From contig MU271239.1 in assembly GCA_021432655.1 (NCBI GenBank), positions 1 to 43,952 of the forward strand: 43,952 nucleotides of DNA, written 5' to 3'. The stretch is from Atractiella rhizophila. Taxonomy: Eukaryota. Shown here in pieces: positions 23,248-33,833 of this stretch; position 1 is the first letter of the stretch, and every line of letters starts with the position of its first letter. Below the pieces are notes generated by a model. The model was not told the origin of the DNA, made no database searches, and worked only from the letters and a program-made list of their open reading frames with translations. A program made the position numbers and the translations under genes.

Positions 23248-24890
23248 ATGGTCGAGATTATTCGCGATCGATGTTATCGTGCGCACAACCGAACGGCAAC
23301 CCGATCTTGCTGACTCCGCATAAACTCAGTGTCATTCCTGTGGCCCCCGGAGCGTCCAGCTGGCCCCTCACATTTTGTGGCGCACAGCAAGATCGAGCCA
23401 GAAACGACAGAACGGCTGGATTGTCGCTTGAAGTTGGAGTCAAGAGGACAAGAGACAAGATGGTCCAAGGTACCTCAAATACCTCAAAGCCGGTGAGGGT
23501 GAAAAGGACGGTGCCTGTAGTGGAGATAGTAGTGAGGACAGTGGGCACCTCGAGCGGAAAGGTCAGTCTTCTCGTTGATAGTCCATTGCAGGCAAGGAGA
23601 GAAGTTGTTCAGTGTTTCTAATTCTCCCTTTGTGCAGAAAGCATTGAAAGCTCCTCCACAGTCTGTGCGGACACCTCTGAAATCGCCGTCCCAGTCCCAA
23701 AACAAGACTGCACCTGTTACCCCGAAGGAAGCGTCAGCTTCCAAAGCTGTGCCTCTCACCCTGGATACCGACGACGGTGAGTCTCTGTTACCTGTGTTGT
23801 ATTGTAATTGCCTCTGACTTCATTTCTGAACTTAGACTTCGAACTCTCGTCCTCTCATCTCCCCATTGAAACGATTGCCTCCTCCTCCGTGCCTCAACCG
23901 CGTGCATCCGAACCCAACGTTCATCCCTCGATACCGCAAAAGCGCAAACGAACTGATTTTGCTTTCGAGGAGCAAGACCGGGAAGGAGGGAACAAGGAGA
24001 AGGAAAGGCGAAAGCCAAAGCGAGCGAAGATTGCTGCCGCTTCTTCTGCTGTTGCGGTAAAGAACGGTGTATTGAATGGTGATGGGAAGCGGAAGGAGAA
24101 GGTGGTCTTATTGTCTGACAATGATGATGAGGAGCATGGCAAAGGCCAGAAGAAGAAGTCTATCAAAGGGAAAGGAAAGGAAGTGCTGGACAAATCAGTC
24201 AAACGTGCGTTCAGCGGAAGGAGCACCCTTGAAGTCATATCAGAGGGAAAGAAGAAATCGAAAAAGAAGAAAACAGTCGAGTCGCAGCACGATGGAGAAA
24301 AGAAACAGCTTTCCAAGAAGAGGCGTCCAGAATCTGTTGCCTCATCAAAGGATGAGGACGTTGTGCACCGGAAGAAGCTGAAAGAAGCTTCTACCTCTAA
24401 ACTTAAACTCGTCCCTATGCCCCAGAAAAAGAGGAAACGGCGAAGAGGAGATACATCCGATTCGTCCGGCGAGGAGACCTCAGGCACCTCTGACCCGGAT
24501 AACCCCCGGCCTGCAGGGAAGAAGGGGAAAATTCGATTTGTCAGCGATAGTGAAGTGGAGGAAGAATCTTCGAGTGATGATAGTACAGAGTACTCGCGTC
24601 TGAGGAAGAAGGGGAGGAGAGGTAGGGAGTCGGAGGAGGATATCGATTCGGAGGAGTTAGTGGAGGTAAGGGAGGACGTGGAGGATTTGCAGAGCGATAC
24701 GGAGAGGAAGAAAGTCGATCGATTAAGGGTTTTGGATAAGAGACCGAAGAAGGCGTTGGAGCATTTGATGAAGTCGAGGGCGGAGAAGGAGGAGAAAGCG
24801 AAGAAAGAGAAAGAGATTATAAGGCGAGGAGTTGTTATGAGCGATGATGAAGAGGACACTGGGAAGGGGGAGGAGACAACTGTTGATCAA
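23248..24890 (+). CDS. Lys/Glu/Ser-rich low-complexity (probably nuclear) protein, 3' end lost in assembly gap
   Basis: Probable ATG at 23248, intron at about 23777-23834, and a long basic/acidic exon with several NLS-like runs reaching the NNNNNN gap. The 5' exon structure is uncertain. Confidence 0.6.
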
Positions 24891-24896
24891 NNNNNN
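24891..24896. other. Assembly gap
   Basis: NNNNNN; sequence composition changes abruptly across it. Confidence 0.98.
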
Positions 24897-26090
24897 CAGC
24901 GACGAAACCAAACGTCCTCGTGGTACACCCGTTTTTTGAATAGGGGATTTAGCAATAACATACAAAAACCACCAATACATCAATAGCGTTGACCGTTTGT
25001 AGGATAGACTGAGCGGGAAACGATTAGAGAAGTTGGCGGCTCCACCAGAAGACCTTTCGAGCGGTCTCGACAGTACGTTCCGTCGAGTCTTAGTACGTAA
25101 AGGTTGTGTAGCTTTCCCTCTTTTGAGTGTAGCCTAACTTCAAAGCTAGGGAGATCAACTGGCCACTAAAGTAGTCGCTAGAGGAGGTCGACTACGGAGA
25201 AAGCGAATCCACTGTCAAAGAGCAGGCGGGCATGGGCTGATCGGAAAAGCTGCTCTAGGAACTTGACGAAGAACTCGGATGGTTTCCAGTGCTTCGCGGT
25301 TAGATTGTTCGTACCACTCGGTCTAAGAAGTACGTAGAACCGTTCCTTCGTATGCGGCATCTCATACCATTACCTGGCGAGACAGCATCGTCGACGACGG
25401 CCGGTCTTTAAGCAAGAGGAACTCCGGAGACCACGAGGCAACAAGGAAGGTTATGGAGTCAAAGGAGCGACGAAGCAGCAGAAGACCCTAACCTCTTGCC
25501 CGTGCTACAGAGAAGCCTCTTGCTTAAAGCTCACACCTTAGGGACATAAGACCTGGGACATTGTGTATAATCGGGAACTCGGTGACCTTCTATCCTCTAT
25601 CCTGCGTGCGATTGGCACTAGAATGTAGCTCGCCCTTCTAATGAGAAGAACGTTTTTGTTGTGGTATTGAGGACGCGCAGCTGTATTAGAAGTCGGAACT
25701 TCTACCCCTTGGATAACTCACGTAAGACCTCCCCTACTACGGTTAAGCTGGATAAAACTGCTAAAGTCATTCAGGAATAATTTGGTCCTCCAGGTATGGG
25801 CTCAACTGAACGTGATAACTCGCGTGAGAGTTAAGCAAGCAAACGCTGAAGCTTCCCTTATAACCTGAGACATACCAGGTACGCACCCTCTTGACGGACT
25901 ACTTGCTCATCGAACTCCTTACAGAACTTTCGTATAAGACCGGGAACGGCGGAGAGTAATTAAGCGACCCATAGGCCTAGATCGAAGAACTTGAAGAGGT
26001 CTAGGAGAAGAGGGAGGAAGGTGTTACTTTAGAAGTCTGCTACATAGTAGTAGTAGTAGGAGAAGAACATGCACGAAAACCCAATATATT
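24897..26090 (-). pseudogene. Hypermutated gene relic, probably part of a repeat or mobile element
   Basis: Coding-like minus-strand frames interrupted by TAG/TAA stops, e.g. ...FSVVDLL*RLL*WPVDLPSFEVRL... and ADF*SNTFLPLLLDLFKFFDLGLWVA*LLSAVPGL. Strong TpA excess; located next to a gap. Confidence 0.6.
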
Positions 26091-26093
26091 AAA

Positions 26094-28414
26094 CTAAGAT
26101 CGAGTTGTGAGTCCAGCGATCCGAAACTCCTTCCCACCACTACTTGATACATCTAACAGCTGACAAATCAAAGTCTGATCGCCACTCGGGATCTCTTTAT
26201 TCCCTTCCCAAAACAGGTTACCCGTCCATTCTATCTTGTTCGGTCCTCCCCATGGATTCCAGCCATTGACGAGCCCACCGTCCCATGTGGTCCAATCCGC
26301 CTTCAGCCGTCAGGTTGGCACCTCATTTGCACGGTTTATCATAGGAAAGTAGGTGACATACCTCAGTCCATCCCTGCTGAGGCTCGGTATGTAAACCATC
26401 TATCCAACAACCGATCATGCCCATTCCGTCCGCTCCTTTCGTTGGAGAAAGCCAAACGAACAATCCCACCTCTGTACTCTCCTCTCTTTGCAAACTAAAC
26501 CTGTTCCGAGACCCACTCGCAATCCCTTTCTTAGCCACTATCCGAACATCGAATGCAATTCTCGATCCGATCTTCCTCGTGACGAAAAACTTTTTATCGT
26601 TCAACGTTTGTTGTGTCCACCCGTCCACAGATGAAGTAGCGAGGGAATACTTAGCTGAACAATTCAGTGGTTGACGAGCTGACGAGAGAGAAGAGCACTG
26701 AATTCCATCGTCTGGTTTCGGTGGAGCGGGGAGGAGAGTATCACGCGAACCATACGGGAACGGATCTTTATACCTTAGCTATGCCCCAGCCACATTAGAA
26801 AGGAGTCCTTGATGGCAAGGGCCCGACAAGCTGAAACTTACAGGTGGTGTTCCGCCATATTCGCCAGTATCGAGCGTGTGAAACTTTTCTCCTGAATCCA
26901 ACCACCTCCCCTCTCCTCTCTCCGTCAATTTTCGTTTTCCTTCCCACTCACAAATCTGCTTTTCGAACCAAAAGGCGAAGAAGTCAGCCAACATTTCGTG
27001 TGCATCCACGTTGATGTGTCGATAATCGTGTTGCAGTTCTGGGTTCGGTTCGAGAGGGTGATAGAAGAAAAGATCCTTTGATTGGGGGTGTAGAAGGATG
27101 TGAGGGATGAGGGAAGGACGAAGGGAAATGAAAGGAATGTCGTTGTGGATCGCGATGGGTAACTGTGTCAAAAACAGGTTAGGATGGTACATGGCCTGAA
27201 GTGACGGACGTGGATTGGAAACCCCGTGTGAAGGTCTTCGAATACTGCCCTTGGTTATGTCAGTGTATGCCCCTATTGGCGAAACAAGTCCAGAGAAGCG
27301 CACCCAACCCAAAGGTGGAAATCGCTACCACTATTATGTCTCGACTCAATTACAGCTTCAACAAGACACATAGGTGAGATCACTTACCAGCTGGCTCACT
27401 AGGAAGTCCTAGCACTCCTCGATAGATCGCATCGAACCCTCTCTCTTCCTCCTCTGTCCGCTCACTATTTATATCGAGCTCTACAAAGACAATATCAACA
27501 TCGTCAGGTATGTGTTCAGTCCAACAAATCTCGTAGTACGACCTGCAAGGATATTGATTCCGATGTGGAGCTTAAAGCAGAAGAGGACGAACACTAGGAC
27601 TGCAGCCACAGCACCGTTGTGCATCTCATGTTGTGGGTTTGGGAAGGTCGTATTGATGGCGTCGAAGGCTCTCCATGGCCATGAATTCTGCCGCACTCCT
27701 CCAGGAGAATGTTGGGTTGCATGACCACGAGAAACTGTTAATAAAGACAAAGTCAGCAGATGGTTGCTTATTTTTTTTTAAAAAAAAAAGTCTCGCTCTG
27801 ACGCATTGACGGGTTTGCTGCCTGAAATGCTTCATAGGATTGCCAGTTCAATGTTGAATGATGCACTTTCTTGTGGCAGCCTTGAGTCGCAGATCTCAAA
27901 CACCAAGGAAAGAAGAATTCTGGTGGTCGTAACAAGAGCCAAAAAAATAGGAAACCGAAACAGATTGATTTAATCTAGAATGCCTTCGACGATATACAAA
28001 ATATCAATAGCATGGATAAAAGGCTGGAATCAATGCTTTACAAAGGACAGATGGCTCACCACTCCCTCCCAAAACGCCAACTTTCACACTCTTCCCCTCT
28101 TTGAGCTTAGAGATAAAAGCCTCCATCCTCTTTCCTGATCCTTCGAACAACACAGACAACCTGACAGCATTTCTTCCGTACTTTTTAACGAGTGGATGCG
28201 AAGAGGAGTCTTCCAGGTGGCATGACTGAAGTGGTTTTTCTTGGGTGGGAAAGTGGTGTGTGTGTGAGTTAGAGTGAGATGGGAAGAAGTCGTGGTGTTG
28301 AGGGGTGTCATCTAGATGGAAGTTTGGTGGAGCAGACCTGAAGTGCCAAATGAGGAGCAGCTGGAGGAGAAGGACCACAACGAGAAGAGGCAGAGGAATG
28401 CGTATAGAAGTCAT
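26094..28414 (-). CDS. CAP64/CAS3-family SGNH-type protein with N-terminal membrane anchor
   Basis: Signal-anchor LPLLVVVLLLQLLLIW. GSGKRMEAFISKLKEGKSVKVGVLGGS-VSRGH, HNGAVAA, SYYEICWTEHIPDDVDIVFVELDIN, HINVDAHEMLAD, IGCWIDG and C-terminal SSGGKEFRIAGL all match the Cryptococcus Cap64/Cas3 family pattern. Confidence 0.8.
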
Positions 28415-28763
28415 CCAGCTGCTTATTCAGTATCAACAGTTGTCTAAAAAATAACGCTGTATCAAGGTTGGAAGTGAAGCTTGGAATCCCAATACCACAC
28501 TTCTGGAACGCTTGAATAAGTTTCCTCTTCTGGACAGAGATAGAGTTCATGATTTACCCTTGTTGGTGTTCATTAATTGACTTCAACGGAATGCTGTGAT
28601 GTGAAGACGATAAATATCTACTCAATAAAACATGTTAGAAAGGTTATACGGAGAAAATTCCCATTCTCGAATCGATTCTTTTCACATCGAACAACGGTAA
28701 TATCAAGCGGTGACTTTGTCACTTCACAAATGCTCTCATAAATTATCGTTCAAGATTTGTTAA

Positions 28764-30187
28764 TCAGCTCCTTTCGAGCTCAAGGAGCCTGTCCCTGAAC
28801 TCGCTCGCCAATCTCCTATGACCCATTTCAGTAGGGTGTAGGCCATCATAACAATCTTCTCTCCTCAACACCATCGAAATTTCCATGACTTCGACCTTCA
28901 AATGTTTCCACTCTTCCGCATCTTCTCTGCTCTTAAATTCCTCTTTCCACTTCATCAAAGAAGTCAGATATCCTCCGTTCTCCTCCCTCTGTATCTGGGA
29001 AACTCCAGACTTATAGCTCGGAAAGACAACAAAGGGGAAGGGAGGGATAAGAATTAGGTTTTTAATCGTCGACCCATAAGAGGAGAGGATTTGGGAGACG
29101 AGAGTGTCGAGAGCGGACAGGAAGCCACAGGTGCGCTCTTGTGTGTTAGGAATCATTCCTGGATATAAGGGAATACGACTGGCGCGATCATTCGTCCCTT
29201 TTCAGCCCACTTAGCTTCAGAAGGGTGAATAGAGGAAAGTAACGAACCGATGGAGACCACAACAGTGGTTGGTCCGCAAAAAGAGAGATTGTTCAAGTCG
29301 TTTGTCTCTTTCTCTTCTTTTACAGACGCCCATGAAGTGCTCAATGCTCCCGAATGCAGCTTATCTCGATTACCCCTTTGCCCTCAAACTGGATGGAAGA
29401 CCGACCTGTTCGAACAATTTGGGACCCATATCCATCTCTATCGGCGTTAGAGTTTCGTCTCCTTCTTTATAGCCTTTCTTTGTATATGGCGTCTCCGAAG
29501 GCGTAAGTGTGATAGCGGGATAGGCGACCGTTTCACAGACAAAGTCCCGCTCACCTGCCGGTTTGGAGTCAAGCAGGTCCATTAGCATCCATTGATATCC
29601 TTCGAAGATTCCGTCCTTGAAACCGCGGTACAGTGATTTCTCGTGATAGGCCGTGCAGGTGGAGTCACCGTAGACGAGGTAGCGATGAGAGGGCCGTCGA
29701 GGTGATGGCGGGAGGAGAGAGTCCTGATATTCTACTTAGTAATATCTCCTCTAGCTGAAGGTGAGGAAGCACAAACTTTGTCAACGAGTATGCTTTCTAG
29801 CGAGACCAACATCCCGAAATCACTAACCGCGCATTCCAACGTCCTCACCCTCCCCTCTGGTCTGTCAGCCCAAAGCTGCACGATCGTCTCTTCCTGTATA
29901 CTCTCCATCGAGATCGTTCCACGCAAGAAACTCTTCTCTACGTCTCCTTCAAATTCCCACGTCCTCCAGACCACCGCCTTCGAGTTGTTGCCGTCATCGT
30001 CCATTATCTTGGACAGAGTGGGACTCCCGAAGTTGAGAGCAAGCGATCGTGAGGTGGTACGCAGATGGAAGGAAGAACCACTCCATCCCGCGCTTACGGA
30101 AGCCGCTAATGTTGATGTCGATGGGTTCACACGCCATCTTCCGTGGTATTGGATGAGAGGGCTCGTGCTGGGTATTCCCTCTGCCAT
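28764..30187 (-). CDS. SGNH/GDSL hydrolase, CE2-like architecture, no signal peptide
   Basis: N-terminal IQYHGRW..WSGSSF beta-domain, block I VYGDST (near 29660-29680), block III VSIG-TND across an intron, block V DGLHPTEMGH. Confidence 0.8.
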
Positions 30188-30376
30188 TGATAACCAGTTC
30201 AAAATAACAGCTTGAGGTTAACGCGAGCGCAAAATCGGATTCAAGCTGTGTCTCCCAGTGGGCATCGGGTCCATTGTAAGATAAGAAACAACACTCACGA
30301 TTAATCCTTTTCCTTTCAGAGAAACGTTCTGGCATATAAAAACAACAGCATCATGTGAGTCTGCAGAGGTTATAAC

Positions 30377-30384
30377 TCACGTGA
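30377..30384. promoter_or_regulatory. Palindromic E-box TCACGTGA in the divergent SGNH/LCB2 promoter
   Basis: Perfect bHLH-type (Cbf1/SREBP-class) core about 155 nt upstream of the LCB2 ATG. Confidence 0.35.
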
Positions 30385-30538
30385 CAGCCTGAATGGCGCC
30401 GGGGACAGAGACCGAGGCTTTCTCATTCCCAGACGACGAGGTGTTCAAGTCGAAAGTAATCTTCTAATCTTTATACCATATAGACAACCAATTCCACTCT
30501 CTTTTCACATTCGAGCTTCGATTCCCAAAACTCACAAT

Positions 30539-33048
30539 ATGGCGGATATGGAGTCGATTCCCTCGCTTCCAACTCGCTCTTCCTCGCCTTCTAGCCTTAC
30601 CTCTGGTCGTCTGACTTCGTCTCCTCCCTCCACGAATTTCAGCTCGCTCAGGTCCTCAAAGGCTACTTCTCAGGTTGAAAGTCAGCTATCGAGGAAAGGA
30701 ACGAGCAAGAGGAATTTTAGCGATGATTTGGGAACCAGAAATGGCGTCGGAAATTACGGTGTGGCCGTTGGGGAAGGTATGAAGTCCGCTGAGCACGACA
30801 AGAATTGGGTCCTCTCACCTCACCCTCCCTCCTCCGAGATTTCCTCAACCGCAACCCCAAACTTCTCTTTTGATACCACTCCGGATTTCATTCCCGATCC
30901 TTCAAACGCTCATTCCCTCCGACACTGCGAGTACGGATGGGAGGGCTTTGCTGCAAATGGAGAGAATATGGGAATGGAGGTGGCTGAGAAGGAGAGGGAG
31001 ATGTTCAAGACCACCTCGATGCACTGGAGTCATCCGGAGAATAAGCAGAAGAGGATTAAGAAGACTCATGACGGGGAGGAAGAGGAAGACCCCGGCTATT
31101 TTATCCTTCTCACGACTTATTACTCTTATGTCATCCTCATCCTCTTAGGCCATTTGAGAGATTTTTTGGGCAAGAAGTTTTATAGGAAGAGCTACAAGCA
31201 TCTAATGCCGAGCGATGTATATCTTTCTTTTCGTTTTGGATCTTGAGAATTTTCCTGACAAAGTTTGTTTGGATAGGGATATGCGCCGCTCACGTCTGAC
31301 TGGGATTCCTTCTACACCCGTCGTCTGAAAGCGCGAATCGACATGTACTTCGCCCGTCCAGTGACTGCCGTTCCAGGAAGGACCATCACTCTCCTCTCAC
31401 GAGTCCATTGGCCATCCCTCCCTTCCTTCCGCAACCGTACCTTCTCCGGCATCTTGAAAATTGGCGGCAACGGTGGGGACGGAAGAGTCGAATGGCGCTA
31501 CCCGGTCAAGGTGGTGCAGACAACGAATGAGGAGGAACCTGTGCTTCAGGGAGAGACCCTCCAGGCTCTCAACACTGCCTCGTACAATTATCTTGGTTTT
31601 GCGCAGAGCAGAGGATGGTGTGCGGATTGGGCTCAGTCGACGCTTCTAGGCGACGATTCCCTTTGTAAGCAGCAGAAGCAAGTGGACGGATCCGAGGAAG
31701 CAGAAGTGATGCCGGCTTTCATCCCCAAGGTCCCTGTTCACGCTGGATATTCTGGAGCACCACAAAATCAGGTCGGAACTCACCTTGTTCATGTCTATTG
31801 CGATCGTTTGGTGGCGCGTTTCGTGGGAATGGAGGATGCGATGGTTGTCAGTCAGGGATATGCGACCAATAGCACGAACCTGCCAGCATTGATCGGGAAG
31901 GGAGATTTGATCTTGAGCGATGAGCACAACCATAACAGTATTCGGTATGTCCAATATCATCCTCTTTTTCGCTTACTAATGTGGTGATGCCTACGTCTGA
32001 AGATTTGGTGCCCGACTTTCAAATGCCATGATCCGTCAGTACAAGCACAACGACATCCATTCTCTAGAGAAAGTTCTCCGTGAAGCTATTTCTCAAGGCC
32101 AACCCGCCCCTCGTGGGAAGACAAACAGGATTTGGAGACCTTGGAAACGGATCTTCTTACTCGTCGAAGGACTCTACAGCATGGAAGGGACTATAGTCGA
32201 CCTCCCAGGAATCCTTAAACTGAAGAAGAAGTACAAATTTTACCTCTACATCGATGAGGCACATTCCATTGGAGCGCTCGGACCTAGACGGCGTGGAGTG
32301 TGCGACTATTTCGGTATTGATCCCAAGGAGGTCGACGTGCTCATGGGTACACTCACAAAGTCTTTCGGCGCTGCAGGAGGATACATTGCCGGCTCGCACG
32401 AGATGATAAAGTCCATGCGAAACCTTTCGCACTCCAATCATTACGCAGAACCTCCCTCTCCCGCAGTCACAGCACAAATCGTGGCCAGTATGGCCGCCAT
32501 CATGGGTCCTGAAGCAGCGGAGGTCATACCTTCCCTTCCCAGGTCTTTGATCCACAGTACAGAGGGTCAATACAGGCTTGAACGACTCTCGTTCAACTGT
32601 CGATACCTCAGCGGAGGTTTGAGGCGATTGGGATTCATCGTTTTTGGAAGTCGTGACAGCCCCATCATCCCTTTGTTGATTTACCATCCTGGGAAATTCG
32701 GTCTTTTCGTGTAAGTGTATTTTCCATCTTTTTTCCCCTTCTTGTTTTGTCATGTTGCGATGCTCATTGTATTTGATGAAATACAGCAAACAACTTCTTG
32801 AACGTCATAGGATCTGTTCTGTCATCGCCGCCTATCCAGCAACCCCCCTTCCCTCAGGCAGGATCCGATTCTGTATCTCGTCAGCTCACACAAAGCACGA
32901 CATTGACAGAATTTTGATCGCCTGTGATGACGTTGGGACGATGTTGGGCCTCAAGTTTTCTCCAAAGAGGACACGGAAGAACCGATGGACGATTCAGCAG
33001 GTTATGGAGAGATGGAGAGAGGTCATTGAAGATTTCGAAGACGACTGA
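30539..33048 (+). CDS. LCB2: Serine palmitoyltransferase subunit 2
   Basis: TTYYSY..GHLRDF, GYAPL..DWDSFYTRRLK, SYNYLGFA, VEGLYSMEG, IDEAHSIGALG, PLP-lysine motif GTLTKSFGAAGGY (present in Lcb2, absent in Lcb1), YPATPL..RIRFC. Three introns. Confidence 0.95.
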
Positions 33049-33833
33049 ATGCTACATGGTTGGGAGGGTGCGAGGTTTATCTGTTAAAGCAGGATAATTG
33101 TGTGTCGTTTTTGTCAATTCGTCTCCTTCGGATTCGGTGCTTTCTTTTGATGACCTGGCCTTGATCGTTCCAGTAGAGACCTGGCTAACTTTCTCGGTTG
33201 AGTGGAGTCCTCATGATATTTAACTTTAGACGTGATTAGTCCTCGGTTGAAGAGTCTTACGCTTCAAAACGATCAAAATACTCCCATATACATTGTTGCA
33301 CTGACCGGGCAATTGTAATTCTGAGAGATGCTAAGGTGTTGGTTTAATGGAACGGTGTATGTTGCCTCTACATTCGCTAGCTTGGTTGCGTCCCACATTA
33401 CTCTGCAAATTTCCTGTCCATGAAGGGTTTGTCGAGTCGATGGTGCGCAGACTCGGATGAAGTTGAAGTACAACACAACTTCAAAGTTTGCAGACAACCG
33501 ATCCAGAAACGTTGACCTCGACAGGTGCAGAACAAGTCTTGCCCACCCACGCTGGCTTCCGTTTGAACTCCATGTGCAGTTTGTCGCACCTACGCTCACG
33601 CGCAGGTTCACGCGTGATCAGTTTTAGCACTAGGAGGTCCACGCTCCGACCGCCACTTGATAAGGTGGATCATGTCAGATAGACCCCCACTACGGGTCCT
33701 CGACGATATTTTGGAGTGGGAACAGACGCAGCATCATCAAGGTCCCTGTGACCCCGCGTCTACAAAAAGTCTAGAGCTTCCCCGTTGCTGGTCAAGGGAA
33801 GCTGAGGGAGTTGAGCGCCTTATGTGAGCAGGG

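Noticed and set aside
23921..24859. 312-aa antisense Ser/Phe-rich ORF
   Set aside because: Shadow of the GAA/AAG-rich sense exon. Similar shadows occur opposite the SLMAP copies, IST3, CYS3 and LCB2.
23808..24986. 392-aa ORF reading through NNNNNN
   Set aside because: The C-terminal ~30 aa lie beyond an assembly gap in compositionally different DNA, so the read-through is an artefact.
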